This document shows, one piece after another, positions 37,579 to 48,012 of a stretch of 64,000 nucleotides of DNA. How positions within the stretch are numbered: the first letter of the stretch is position 1; every line of letters starts with the position of its first letter. Source of the stretch: a virus (Duplodnaviria; Caudoviricetes); IMG/VR virus record IMGVR_UViG_3300020037_009644, positions 64,001 to 128,000 of that record, one strand, 5' to 3'. The notes under the pieces are model-generated. The model ran no database searches and was not told the origin of the DNA. It worked only from the letters and a program-made list of their open reading frames with translations. Both the position numbers and the translations under genes were made by a program.

Positions 37579-39723
37579 TCATGCCTTTCCGGATAGAGCA
37601 ACGTCGGTTGCATCTCGGCGAACCGGTGAATTGGTGAGCGAAGCAACGAAGGAGTAAGGAAGAGATTGTTCGGTAATTGAGGGGGTGGGGTTGGTTGCCG
37701 AGCTAGGGGAGTAGACACTAAGAATGTTGTTATCGTAGGATACGGTAACAGATCCCCCTCCAAGATTGTCGGAGTTTATCAAGGCTACGAAATATTGCGA
37801 GCCATCATAGGTAAATTTTGAAACTGTTCCGAAAGAAACGTCGGCGGAAAGTTTATTTTCAAGCAAGGGTATACACGCCGAAGTCAATCCGATTCCGAGG
37901 CTGGTTCCGGTGGCATCCTTGAGATCGACGATGATTTTGATCGGGAGAGTGGTAAACTGAAGGTTAGGAGAGAGGGTAAATGTCGTCTTGAATTTGCTGA
38001 CCGAGGCAAGAAGGACCGAGCAGAGCGTGCTGTTCGTTTGATTCTGAAGATCGGTGAGGCAAGTCGTAACTTGGGCTGTAAAATCAGCAGCCCCTTCGGT
38101 CGAGACGTTGGTTCTGAACGAGGCGAGAGCTGAGTTAAGACAAGACAATGTCCCAGAAATGTTAGGAAGAACTCCGGTGCTCGGAACGGCTTGTCCGGCG
38201 GGTGTTGCTGGAATTTTTCCGGACACTGCCTCGATTCCTTCGGTCGTCAACATCGAATTGAGCGTAGCTTTCTCGATTGAAACCTCGGGAACACAACCCA
38301 CGGTCGTCAGATTCAGACCAGCTAATGCAGGGACGTTTGGCTTCCAGTTTAGCTCGACGGTTGAGAAATCAATTGAGTCGTCGGAAATCGGAATGGTCGT
38401 TCCCGAAGATCCGTCTTGATGAATAAAGGTATTCAGGGTCGCCTGGCTACCGTTGGCAAGAAGGAACGGGGTTACTCCGTCATCTTCGTAAACAAGACCT
38501 CCTTCGATACAGAGGGTTCCAGAGGTAGCCAAGGAATCGTCGAGCTCGCCATCGAAATCAAGAACTCCAACGTAGGGCTTTGCAACGACAATGCAATTCA
38601 AAATTCGGAAATATCTTTGATTGTCCAATGGAGAGTACCCGCTCGGTTCGAGCCCAAAATCTTCGAGATTGAGAAAAATTCTAATATCTGCCGAGTAAGG
38701 AGCTTGTTTGAGCGGGGTATCTTTAGAGTAGGTCGTTTCGTCCGGATAAAAGATGTTGAACTGAGGCGGGAGCGGGGTAATAATATCGGAAATTTTGTAT
38801 TCCGCGTTGTTAATCGTGTCCCAGACCTGCCAGGTTTCGCGACGAATCGGTGGAATTGAGAAAGCAGCCGCAATCTCGGGAGGAAGACCAAGGGCGGAAG
38901 CGGAATCAAATCCTATTTGTTTGAAATATCGGAGGTTAGCTCTCGGTGCGGAGATTCCATTGGGGGTGTTCTTGAGAAATGAAGGGCAGACGGAAGGGTC
39001 GCAACAGCCGTCTTCGTCAGAGTCGGAACAAAAGAGAAATCCGGCAAGATTGGCTAGAGATTCGATAATAGCCATCACAGATGCCAAAGAAATAAACATT
39101 GCAAAAATTGACTGCATAGTGCATAAAAGCTCTGCAATTTTGTTAATGGCGGATTCTAATGATGTAGCATCATTGAGCTGCAACCCATTTTGCATTACCT
39201 CAATGTTATGAATGATTTGTTCAATGAGACCGAAAATTTCGTCGATGATATAAGTGATCAAAGCGAGAATGAGAATGAGAAGTGAGATGATAAGACGTGG
39301 AAGAAGAAAAACGGGAAATATTGAGAGAAGATCTGGTAAACACTGACTGAAGAGGACAATTAGTTTTTCGGCGACGAGGAAAGGCGAAGGGATAGCGCAC
39401 AAAATATCAATAATGCACTTAAACATTTTGAGCACGGCTGTGAACAAATTGTACAAACTCAAATAAGGAGCCAACTGAGACAACAAATTACTCAATGCGT
39501 CATAAATTGTATGCATCGACGAGTCCGGAAATGGCTTAAACGTTCCAGACGGCAAAAACGCCCCGAGCTGACTAACATAAGACGTTAGATCATCAAGAAA
39601 CGGAGGAATTTCAAATTGTGGGCTAGCATTAACCGGCGCAACTGGAATCCCAAAGCCAGGCACGCTGGGTAGCGGTGGCGGATTCTGTTGAGTTATCGAG
39701 TTATCATTGGCAGAACAAACCAT
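37579..39723 (-). CDS. Baseplate-module protein with hydrophobic helices and C-terminal Ig-like domain
   Basis: Hydrophobic LLPRLIISLLILILALITYII segment, Cys cluster, C-terminal FTLSP...IIVDLKDATG. Confidence 0.7.
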   Translation of the reverse strand: MVCSANDNSITQQNPPPLPSVPGFGIPVAPVNASPQFEIPPFLDDLTSYVSQLGAFLPSGTFKPFPDSSMHTIYDALSNLLSQLAPYLSLYNLFTAVLKMFKCIIDILCAIPSPFLVAEKLIVLFSQCLPDLLSIFPVFLLPRLIISLLILILALITYIIDEIFGLIEQIIHNIEVMQNGLQLNDATSLESAINKIAELLCTMQSIFAMFISLASVMAIIESLANLAGFLFCSDSDEDGCCDPSVCPSFLKNTPNGISAPRANLRYFKQIGFDSASALGLPPEIAAAFSIPPIRRETWQVWDTINNAEYKISDIITPLPPQFNIFYPDETTYSKDTPLKQAPYSADIRIFLNLEDFGLEPSGYSPLDNQRYFRILNCIVVAKPYVGVLDFDGELDDSLATSGTLCIEGGLVYEDDGVTPFLLANGSQATLNTFIHQDGSSGTTIPISDDSIDFSTVELNWKPNVPALAGLNLTTVGCVPEVSIEKATLNSMLTTEGIEAVSGKIPATPAGQAVPSTGVLPNISGTLSCLNSALASFRTNVSTEGAADFTAQVTTCLTDLQNQTNSTLCSVLLASVSKFKTTFTLSPNLQFTTLPIKIIVDLKDATGTSLGIGLTSACIPLLENKLSADVSFGTVSKFTYDGSQYFVALINSDNLGGGSVTVSYDNNILSVYSPSSATNPTPSITEQSLPYSFVASLTNSPVRRDATDVALSGKA

Positions 39724-40583
39724 TATCCATTTTCTTTCTTAGGTCTTCTATTTCCTTCTATAACATTTTGCTTAGCATCTAGTGGTCGTAAGTTTGATAG
39801 AGCCCAACATTTTTTGAAATCATCACACTCCATAGAAGTGATATTAAAATGTGACACAGGAATAATATGATCAATCTGCCAAGTTGGTTTTTCAGCATGA
39901 TGAGACTTGCTATATCTTCCCCAATTTTTCCAAGTCATCCATAGTTCAAATTGTGATTCAAGATGTTCTTTTAATTCTTCAATTGAATAATCCACATATT
40001 TAGTAAAAGATTTACCGCCTTTTTTAATTTCGTGTCTAATTAAAACTCCAACATCATGACGAAGTTTAAAAATAGGATCATTTTCTCTTTTATTCTTTAA
40101 TCTAACACGTTGTTTTTCAAGATTTTCAGGTTTACTTCTATATTTTTTATTTCTAGCTAATATTTCTTCTTTATTACCTTCGTATCTTTTTTTATCGTAG
40201 GCTTTAAATCTTTCAGGATCTTTTTTTCTATTATCTCTTTTAGATTTTTGAAAACAAATTTTGCAATGTGGAAGTAATCGAGATTTATTTCCACTACCAA
40301 ATTCGCAAAGTAGTTTGACATCTCCACATGTCTTACATTTTTTCTTACCATCAAACTCTTGACCTGTACACAATTTACATTTGTTCTTATATATTTTCAA
40401 TTGGCTGTTAAGAAATGCAAAATTTGAAATTTCTTTTTCAAATTTGCAGCCTTTACAAATTTTCTTTCCGGTGAATGAATCTTTATCAATGCATTCAATA
40501 CACTTTCTATATCTCTCGTGAAAACAAGAAATATTTTTCTTTTTAGAACACTCGGTGCATTTTTTTAAACTCTTATCTTTCAT
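39723..40583 (-). CDS. HNH (endonuclease VII-like) homing endonuclease with N-terminal CxxC repeats
   Basis: Three KxCxxC...F...CxxC units. LKEHLESQF...MTWKNWG...WQIDHIIP...NLRPL...N. Markedly AT-rich. Confidence 0.88.
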   Translation of the reverse strand: MKDKSLKKCTECSKKKNISCFHERYRKCIECIDKDSFTGKKICKGCKFEKEISNFAFLNSQLKIYKNKCKLCTGQEFDGKKKCKTCGDVKLLCEFGSGNKSRLLPHCKICFQKSKRDNRKKDPERFKAYDKKRYEGNKEEILARNKKYRSKPENLEKQRVRLKNKRENDPIFKLRHDVGVLIRHEIKKGGKSFTKYVDYSIEELKEHLESQFELWMTWKNWGRYSKSHHAEKPTWQIDHIIPVSHFNITSMECDDFKKCWALSNLRPLDAKQNVIEGNRRPKKENG

Positions 40584-40984
40584 TCAATTTCTCCAGACAG
40601 GAAATCTCTATTCTTAATTTGTTCAGAAATGTAATCTTTGATATCAGATCTTATTTCTGGTTTCAGCTTCATAATTTCTTCCCATTTGGTCATAGAGAGA
40701 TCATCTGGAAGTTTTATTCCTACATTTTTATCTTCGTGAATATACTCAGTTATTTTAACCCCAGCAACGATAGATTCTTTGGTAAAAGAATATGTTTTTT
40801 GATAATTCCACAAACCAGCAAAAAATGGTTTTACTTTTTTATTTTCCATATACGATTGTTTTCTTATCCCAAGGTTTTTAAGAGCCTCTGTTTTTCTAGG
40901 CGTTGGATCCAAACCGTCTAATTTCTGAAATGGATCCTGAATGCTTAATCTTTTTCCGTCTTTATCAAATGCGATTGTAATCAT
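40580..40984 (-). CDS. Hypothetical protein (134 aa) co-inserted with the HNH gene
   Basis: AT-rich, ATGA-coupled to the HNH gene. Confidence 0.7.
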   Translation of the reverse strand: MITIAFDKDGKRLSIQDPFQKLDGLDPTPRKTEALKNLGIRKQSYMENKKVKPFFAGLWNYQKTYSFTKESIVAGVKITEYIHEDKNVGIKLPDDLSMTKWEEIMKLKPEIRSDIKDYISEQIKNRDFLSGEIE

Positions 40985-40998
40985 GATTTTTACCTTAG

Positions 40999-43020
40999 CT
41001 AGAATGTTTTGCCGGCTGGATATCTTGCAACTGATCTATCAGCGGTTCCTGGATAAAAAGTAACTTTTTCTCCATCTATGAAAACAGAACTATTGCTCTT
41101 TAAAATAATATCTTGCTGAGCGTCGAGAGTGATCCCTCCAGGAGATATCAAAAACAACCCCTCGGGACCGAAGCGCAAAATTCCGAGCTGTCCGTTTATA
41201 TTGATTCTCATTTCGAAAGTTCCATTACGCCATCCAGAATTTTGATCCGAAAACCTAGAATCCTGACTGCTTGGCAACCCAACTCCGCCAACTTCGATCA
41301 GAACATCTCCGTCCATCTGGGCGGCGTAAGAAATTCCCTGTTTGTCTCGACCATAGCGAGCCACTACCCCTCCGGCACAGTCAACCCATAGAGACTGACG
41401 ATCGATGGTATTCGCGCCGAAATTAAGAGAGACCATTCCGTCAAAATTCAAGGTTGCCGATCTTCCTCCGGCGTTAGCGTCTGGACCGTTGACGATGATA
41501 GTGTCCGAGACAATTTTGGGAAGAGGTTTGTAGATCGAATTAAGCCTGCTGGTCTGGTCGAAGTTTACCAGCTTTAATCCCGCCTGAATATAGTTTGCCG
41601 ACTCTTGAAATTCTTGACAGGTCTTTGAGATGTCGTGGTAAGCCGTCCCGAGTCTGATCAGAGAGTCGGAGAATCTGTCAACCGGACTAGCATATCCATC
41701 GAGGTCCTGATCCGAGCCGGCAAGCTTGACGACCGGATAAGAAGAGAAGTTTCCAAGGTAAATATCTTTAGAGTCATTTGGTTTTACAAGAGAGTTAGGA
41801 TTTATCGAAGAATCTTCCTTGCTTTTGAGAACAGAATAGTTCTCGTACCTCGTTAGTAGCGCGATGTTCCCTGTCTCGGAGCTGGCTGGAAAGTTGGCTT
41901 TGATCTGACTTTCTTTATCAATATCAACGAAGAAGCGGCTGCTATTCTTTCCGTAATTAACATTTTGGGTTATGTCTGGAGTAGAAAGGTCGCTATTTTC
42001 GAAGGGTTTTCGAGAGTTAATTTCCCAATGATAAGCGAGACTTTTTCGAAATTGCTCGGTAATATTTTGATAAGCGACAGATTTGTTGACCGAATCTTTG
42101 AGAGAAATTTCCGATATCTTCCCAATAGGAAGTGGATTTCTATTTAAATCCAGGATGTTTCCGAAAACGTCGGTCCCTGTACCACGAATTGTCTCCATTA
42201 AATGATTGGGGAATTCAGGAGAAAGAGAAAAGGCATCCGTGCGATTTTCTCGACGAGAGTTTCGAAGAACCGATGGAAGAAGAGCCGGGTCTCCATATCT
42301 AGAGGACTCTTCTGAATATGAGGAGACCTGGTAGCTGGGATCGAATTCGTAGACAATTTCTTTGGACTCGACGAGAGCCGGATTTCTGATCGCTCCACCA
42401 ATTGTCTCTTGAGAAACGGCGACCGTGGGATCTAAACCGATTTTGAAAAGGCTGTCTTCGTATCGATGTTCTTCCAAAAATGACGAATTGCTCGCCGAGG
42501 CTGAAGAATTAGCCAGGTCTCTTTTAATTATCCCAGTAATTTTTCGGATCGAAGAACTAAATTCCCATTGGTCAGAAAAATTGTTGGAAATAATCTCGCG
42601 GATTGGATCGGCATGGAGATAAACGTCGTCTTGTCCGACCTTGAATCCGATTTTTGGGTCGAGAAATAGATTATTCCCCCCTTTGACCTGGGCAAGAATT
42701 CTCCCCGGTTTCAAATTTCCGAAAACGGTCGAATCTGAGAAAATTTGGGGATTGGCTTTGTATCCCAGGATAAACCATTCTCCACCTTGACCCTGAGAAA
42801 GCTTAACCGAGGTTCCGACTCGAGGATAACCGCCGAGGAACTCACCGTCTGTTCCGATCCACGGAGCTGGAATCGGGATGGTGAATTTTTGACGTGGTTG
42901 AGAAAGAGAAACTTCGTCGAGACCTACTTCGACAGTTCCTTGGGTTGGATTGACCTTGAGAATCGTCCCGACCCGATGATTTCCAAACGGAGAACCAAGC
43001 CTTGCGTCAAGAGGTGGCAT
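40999..43020 (-). CDS. Baseplate central spike (gp5/gpV/VgrG-like)
   Basis: N-terminal OB-like VGTILKVNPTQGTVEV...GGYPRVGTSV. C-terminal beta-repeat (ITLDAQQDIILKSNSSVFIDG). Follows the hub. Confidence 0.75.
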   Translation of the reverse strand: MPPLDARLGSPFGNHRVGTILKVNPTQGTVEVGLDEVSLSQPRQKFTIPIPAPWIGTDGEFLGGYPRVGTSVKLSQGQGGEWFILGYKANPQIFSDSTVFGNLKPGRILAQVKGGNNLFLDPKIGFKVGQDDVYLHADPIREIISNNFSDQWEFSSSIRKITGIIKRDLANSSASASNSSFLEEHRYEDSLFKIGLDPTVAVSQETIGGAIRNPALVESKEIVYEFDPSYQVSSYSEESSRYGDPALLPSVLRNSRRENRTDAFSLSPEFPNHLMETIRGTGTDVFGNILDLNRNPLPIGKISEISLKDSVNKSVAYQNITEQFRKSLAYHWEINSRKPFENSDLSTPDITQNVNYGKNSSRFFVDIDKESQIKANFPASSETGNIALLTRYENYSVLKSKEDSSINPNSLVKPNDSKDIYLGNFSSYPVVKLAGSDQDLDGYASPVDRFSDSLIRLGTAYHDISKTCQEFQESANYIQAGLKLVNFDQTSRLNSIYKPLPKIVSDTIIVNGPDANAGGRSATLNFDGMVSLNFGANTIDRQSLWVDCAGGVVARYGRDKQGISYAAQMDGDVLIEVGGVGLPSSQDSRFSDQNSGWRNGTFEMRININGQLGILRFGPEGLFLISPGGITLDAQQDIILKSNSSVFIDGEKVTFYPGTADRSVARYPAGKTF

Positions 43021-46000
43021 TGATTGCCTCCGAGAAGTTCTTGAGATATTTTTCTCTCATCATTTGGTCTGCCTGGTCCTTGGGATCGGTTGATTGGTCG
43101 AAAGAATCGAGCGTCTCGGTTGGGGGATCCGAGAAAACAGCCCAAACGTCGATTACCTTGTAAAATAGATTATCTCTCTCTGCTTGGCTTAGTCCTTCGG
43201 GGTTAACTATATCCGAACCCTGAGAGATTGTTGCCGAAGTAGAATTAATCGCCAAAGATCTTGCTATCGACCAAGCTTGAGAAGATGGAGATTCCGAAGA
43301 CGTCGCGAGATCGATCTCGACAATTTGGACCTGAGTCGCATCGATTGGAACGTTGTTTTGATTATCGGAAATGACAGATGGAGAATTAGAAGAAAGAGAA
43401 AACTTCGAAGGGTTAGCGAGCCATGATTGAATCGAAGCAGCAAATTTGGAGAGGGTTAAATCCGGAGCGTCGAACCCTAGATCGGAATTGTAATAAAGAC
43501 GGATCTCGATGGACAGGGAATTGGTATCCCGGGTTGGGGTCAATAATCCTGAGGTTGAAAGGGCAAGAGTTGCAAGGTTTTGTCGATTCTGAGTCCCGAA
43601 AGAATTGGAAACTAGCTGGGTCATTTGATCTTGCTCACCCAAGTTGTCGTCATCAACATTCCCGGTTTCGGTATTGTCAGAAACGATGACCGTTATCGGA
43701 ATGTTTCCGCTGGGATCGTCGTTACGAACGTGCTTGATCAAGTCTGCTTGGTTTCTATTGGTGTACAAACCTTTTCCGATAATATCCAATGGGGTTGGGA
43801 TAAATTGACCGGGCTTGTGCGCGAAGGTTAGGTTGATCGATGAGGTAAAAGATTGACCGTAGGTAAAGGACGTCAACACCGACTCGTTGTACATTAAAAG
43901 ATCTCGATCAACTATATAAGAAACCTCGCCAGCCTGAAGATATTCATTGCCGCGGGAGGTCAAAGATCCGGTGAAAATCTTTTTCCTTGCCTGGTTAAGA
44001 AGCCAGACGGCGTAGGGTCCACACTGGGATTCGGGATCCGAGAGGAGAGGCATAGAGATGGCGTTATGACCCCGGAACCCATACTGTCGCCACATGTCGT
44101 AGTCGACGGCTAGGGCTGAAGAAACAAAGTTTCCAGATTGTCCAATTTCCAAACCGCTGGCACCTTGGACCAAATTGTTAGATATCGATCCGTTAACTTC
44201 AGCAACAGTCCAGTCAGGACCTTTTTCGGAAAGGGAGAAAGAAATAATGTCAACATCTTTGATGATATATCTTTTACCAGATCCTTCGCCCAGGTCATCG
44301 ATAGACTCATCCTCGATCATGTGCTCGAGAATTTGGGGAAGAGCGACGTCCTTGTTGATCGAAGAGAGAAGAGATCCTTTGGCTGGATCAATGTCGGCGT
44401 TGACCTGAATTCCTTGATTGAGGTTTTTTAACGCCCCTGATAAAAGTTTGATAACTCCCTGTCTCTCGGCAATGAGAGAGGCGAGTTGTTTGGTCAAAGA
44501 GAAGATGTCTATTTGAGAAATTCCTCGTCCGATCGCCGATTTATTGTTGGGAAGAAGATCGGCAAATGTCGGTACGGAAATGTTTTGATTTTTGAGACGG
44601 GTTGTTATTGTTTCAAATCTTAAGCTGAGAGAATCTCCGGAAACTGCTCCGAGATCGAAGGTGTCGACCGAATTTGTTACGGATACCCGCTTGACAATGT
44701 CGAAATTGATTTGAGAATTATTTGGATATTGAAGAGAAGATGATAGCTCGGAAAGCGCCTGTTGATTTATCTCTTGGGCAAAATCTGGTTCGGCTTGCAT
44801 TAGAAGATTTCGAAGAGATTGTCCGCCAAGCTTACCATCATTTTCTGTTGTCAAGAAAATGAATCGGAGGGAGCTTGCCGAGACGTTGGGCATAGATGAG
44901 CCAGATAGAAGATCTGCGGAAGAAGAGTCGTCGATGGACCCGAGAGCTGTCGTCCGAAGACGTATTTGATCTTCGAGGACTTCGATCTTCGACGTTAGTC
45001 CTTGAACCTGATGATAGAAAAGGCTCTCGAGGTATTTGGGAAAAATTTGGACGCCCTGAACATTTTTCTTCTTGAGCATTTCGTACATGACCGAAGACGG
45101 GATTCGGTTGTACATCGGTGGTCTAGCGTTGATATGACCTTGTGAATCGGCGAAGAGCTCGAGACCGAGAAGATCGGAAACCATTTTTGCCTGGTCTCCA
45201 ATTTTGGTATAAGTGCTTTTAAATGTACTCAAAGCCCCAGCAATGCTCGATTCGAAAGCTTGAATGTCATAGTTTTTATCGTAGCTGTCGTCTACGATAA
45301 AGTAATTGATATCTTGGTTAGCTTTGACCTTAAAGAATCGACGCTGGGTCAGCTCGAAAATTTTCTTTCTAAAACTCTCTTGGGCTTTTCTCTGATCATT
45401 CTCGGTCAAAGCAGAATCTTGATCTGTCAAGGTTGGATCGTAGGTAATGTCGTCTCCAACAATTCGGAGGGCTCCATCAGCCGTTCTGATGTTGGCTCGT
45501 TGAGATTCTTCCTGAAAAAAGTTTTGTTGTTGCTGAATTTGATAGTCGAGATCGATGATATCTTTGGCAAGGTTGGTAATAGAGTTCTTATCTAGCCCAG
45601 ATAGAATCGAGGTGTCGACATTAATCTTACCGTTGACGTCGACCTTGTAGAATTGTGGATTGTTGGCGAGATCTGGGAAGATGGTCGTCAGTTGGTCGAA
45701 CCTTTCAGAACGATCACTAAGAAGCTGAGAGATTTTTCTAGTTGCCGTGGTTATGTCGAACTCGCCGCTTCTCAAAAAATTGTAGGCTTCGTTGTTAATG
45801 ATCATTTTCTTGAACGGAACGAAATTGCCCCAGACCGAGTTTGATTTTGAGATGTCGGAGATAAGACCTTTCAAAAATGACTCCGACCAGCTTTGATTGA
45901 AGAGCTCGTCACGGGTAATCATTCCGGAATTGACCGAACTTTTCATGAAGGTATTAAAGTTGTATGGCTGACCTGTTACCAAGAGAGAGAGGACGTTCAT

Positions 46001-47995
46001 AACGTCTTGCCCGGCAAAAGGATCGTTGGTTATGACCGGACTTGTTTCGTTACGAAGCGAGCCGGTTCCAAAAGCGTGAGGAGCCCCGGCAGCGGTCAAC
46101 GTTCCGATACCCTGCTTCCAGCGGTAAACCATTCCTGCTGGATCGTGCATCTTGTTTCTGAATTTGGATGAGGCGACATTTTCAGGAGTCAGAATTTCGA
46201 TGTCACGAATATTGTAGGTATCCTCTTGAAACTTTAGACCCTTATTCCTTCCGGAGGAAAATTTAACACAGCCCGAATTAATCAGAGCGACGTTTTCGTC
46301 TAGAAGAGGCGGGATTTCTCCGTTAATCAGTCCGGTTGAAAGATCGTAGTTTATTTTAAACGGAGTCAATGGGTCGTAGAGAGAGCTGTCGATAACCGAG
46401 ACCGACGGTTTGATATTGAGTTGACCCATATTAAGATAGTGACAATTATCTTTGGCAGAAATGGTCATCCCATAAAACCCACCGTTAGAATTGTGGGTTA
46501 CGTTGTCGACGATACCGGAGAAAATTTGAGGACCGACTGATGAGCGGGTAAACTCAGATCGAAGGAGCGTCCACAACCAGAGAGGAAAATCAGGTCCGGC
46601 AATAGCATCTTTCTCGGCTGCAATAAAGCTATCCTTGCTGCCCGAGAATCCGGCAACGATATTTTCAATGGAGGAGTCGACCGAACCGATGGCAGTATTA
46701 ATCTTACTCAAAATGTTGTCGTTCCAGCTGGCATTAAAGCCTTGGGCAATTCTGGCATCGGTGGAAGTTTGCGAGGAGACAAAAAGATGGACAACGTCGT
46801 TAACCCCGACGATACATTTGTTGTCGAATTCAAGCATCAATCGATCACGAATGAAATTAGTTCCCTCGTTGAATTCCTTGATCGTATTTCTTCGAGAATC
46901 TTCGAGACCCATCGAGAGATACATATTTTGGATAATTTGGGTAAAAATTGGAACTTCGATTAGAGAGAGACCGTTGGCTCCCAAGGTCGCCGAGGCGTCG
47001 AGTTGGATTGCCGAATTAAATCCGAGAACTCCGCCGTCATAGGTAAAAATAATCTCTCGACCTTCTTCGTCGATGACGGCGCGGATCCGTTTGAAAAGAA
47101 GTGAGTTGCTATTTTGAAGAAATTTGATTTGAGGGACCGATCGAGAAATACGAAGCTTGGTCAATTGGCTTTGCAAGTCTTTGATGCTCTCGTCGAGAAG
47201 TCCGGCGGTGCTATTGAAAAATGGATTGTTGGTTATTCCGGAGGTGTCCGAAATCGCCTTTTCGATATCCAACGAAGAAATGACCATTATTTTATTGGGA
47301 TCTTCGATGTTAAAAGACCCAGACCCTTCGCCAAATCTCGTCGAGACGGTTGTTTGAAATGATGAGAGGGTTGTTAGTTCTATGACTCCGGTTCCTTCTC
47401 CAACGTCTGCAAGATAAGGAACGGCAGATGTATTGACCCAGGTCGTTACTTCGTTGGGATCGGAAAGATTTTTGACGTTCTTGAGAAAATCGAGAGTCGC
47501 CAAGGTCGATCCCGAAATCAATCCAGGGCTCAGAATATTTAAAGTATCGACCGAAGAATAAACCTGAGAGAGGGTATAAGAATTTAACCCTCCCGAAGCT
47601 TTGGCGATTTTTTCGATCTTAGAAAGGCGTTCGTGAGCTGCAATTAGGCGACACTTGTTGTAAAATAATCGCTTGAGAGCCTTGATGTAGTTCTTTTCTT
47701 GATCATTCATCAGGTCGTAGCGGTAGTTTTCGGCGAGAGAAGAGAAGTGGCGCTTTTTGATAACAAGAACCGCTTCCGGATTCTGCATTAGGATCTCGAG
47801 ATTTCTTGGACGAATGTTATTCCGAGATCCGTCCTGCACATACCTTCTTTCTTCGCTTTTATCTATCGCTTGCTGAAACGGACCGAGCTTGGTATAATCG
47901 TAGGGATTACCCGGATTGGTTGGAACGTTTTCGTAAACGCCAAACTGCTCGTTAACATAGCCTCGAAGAGAGTCTCCCAGTGATTCAAAACTCAT
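43007..47995 (-). CDS. Baseplate hub protein (gp27/gpD-like), enlarged
   Basis: QIFSGIVDNV, ISAKD, LELFADSQGHINARPP, YGFR, RGNEYLQAGE patterns. Position between tube initiator and spike. Confidence 0.75.
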   Translation of the reverse strand: MSFESLGDSLRGYVNEQFGVYENVPTNPGNPYDYTKLGPFQQAIDKSEERRYVQDGSRNNIRPRNLEILMQNPEAVLVIKKRHFSSLAENYRYDLMNDQEKNYIKALKRLFYNKCRLIAAHERLSKIEKIAKASGGLNSYTLSQVYSSVDTLNILSPGLISGSTLATLDFLKNVKNLSDPNEVTTWVNTSAVPYLADVGEGTGVIELTTLSSFQTTVSTRFGEGSGSFNIEDPNKIMVISSLDIEKAISDTSGITNNPFFNSTAGLLDESIKDLQSQLTKLRISRSVPQIKFLQNSNSLLFKRIRAVIDEEGREIIFTYDGGVLGFNSAIQLDASATLGANGLSLIEVPIFTQIIQNMYLSMGLEDSRRNTIKEFNEGTNFIRDRLMLEFDNKCIVGVNDVVHLFVSSQTSTDARIAQGFNASWNDNILSKINTAIGSVDSSIENIVAGFSGSKDSFIAAEKDAIAGPDFPLWLWTLLRSEFTRSSVGPQIFSGIVDNVTHNSNGGFYGMTISAKDNCHYLNMGQLNIKPSVSVIDSSLYDPLTPFKINYDLSTGLINGEIPPLLDENVALINSGCVKFSSGRNKGLKFQEDTYNIRDIEILTPENVASSKFRNKMHDPAGMVYRWKQGIGTLTAAGAPHAFGTGSLRNETSPVITNDPFAGQDVMNVLSLLVTGQPYNFNTFMKSSVNSGMITRDELFNQSWSESFLKGLISDISKSNSVWGNFVPFKKMIINNEAYNFLRSGEFDITTATRKISQLLSDRSERFDQLTTIFPDLANNPQFYKVDVNGKINVDTSILSGLDKNSITNLAKDIIDLDYQIQQQQNFFQEESQRANIRTADGALRIVGDDITYDPTLTDQDSALTENDQRKAQESFRKKIFELTQRRFFKVKANQDINYFIVDDSYDKNYDIQAFESSIAGALSTFKSTYTKIGDQAKMVSDLLGLELFADSQGHINARPPMYNRIPSSVMYEMLKKKNVQGVQIFPKYLESLFYHQVQGLTSKIEVLEDQIRLRTTALGSIDDSSSADLLSGSSMPNVSASSLRFIFLTTENDGKLGGQSLRNLLMQAEPDFAQEINQQALSELSSSLQYPNNSQINFDIVKRVSVTNSVDTFDLGAVSGDSLSLRFETITTRLKNQNISVPTFADLLPNNKSAIGRGISQIDIFSLTKQLASLIAERQGVIKLLSGALKNLNQGIQVNADIDPAKGSLLSSINKDVALPQILEHMIEDESIDDLGEGSGKRYIIKDVDIISFSLSEKGPDWTVAEVNGSISNNLVQGASGLEIGQSGNFVSSALAVDYDMWRQYGFRGHNAISMPLLSDPESQCGPYAVWLLNQARKKIFTGSLTSRGNEYLQAGEVSYIVDRDLLMYNESVLTSFTYGQSFTSSINLTFAHKPGQFIPTPLDIIGKGLYTNRNQADLIKHVRNDDPSGNIPITVIVSDNTETGNVDDDNLGEQDQMTQLVSNSFGTQNRQNLATLALSTSGLLTPTRDTNSLSIEIRLYYNSDLGFDAPDLTLSKFAASIQSWLANPSKFSLSSNSPSVISDNQNNVPIDATQVQIVEIDLATSSESPSSQAWSIARSLAINSTSATISQGSDIVNPEGLSQAERDNLFYKVIDVWAVFSDPPTETLDSFDQSTDPKDQADQMMREKYLKNFSEAINATS

Positions 47996-48012
47996 GTATT
48001 TTACTTTATCTT

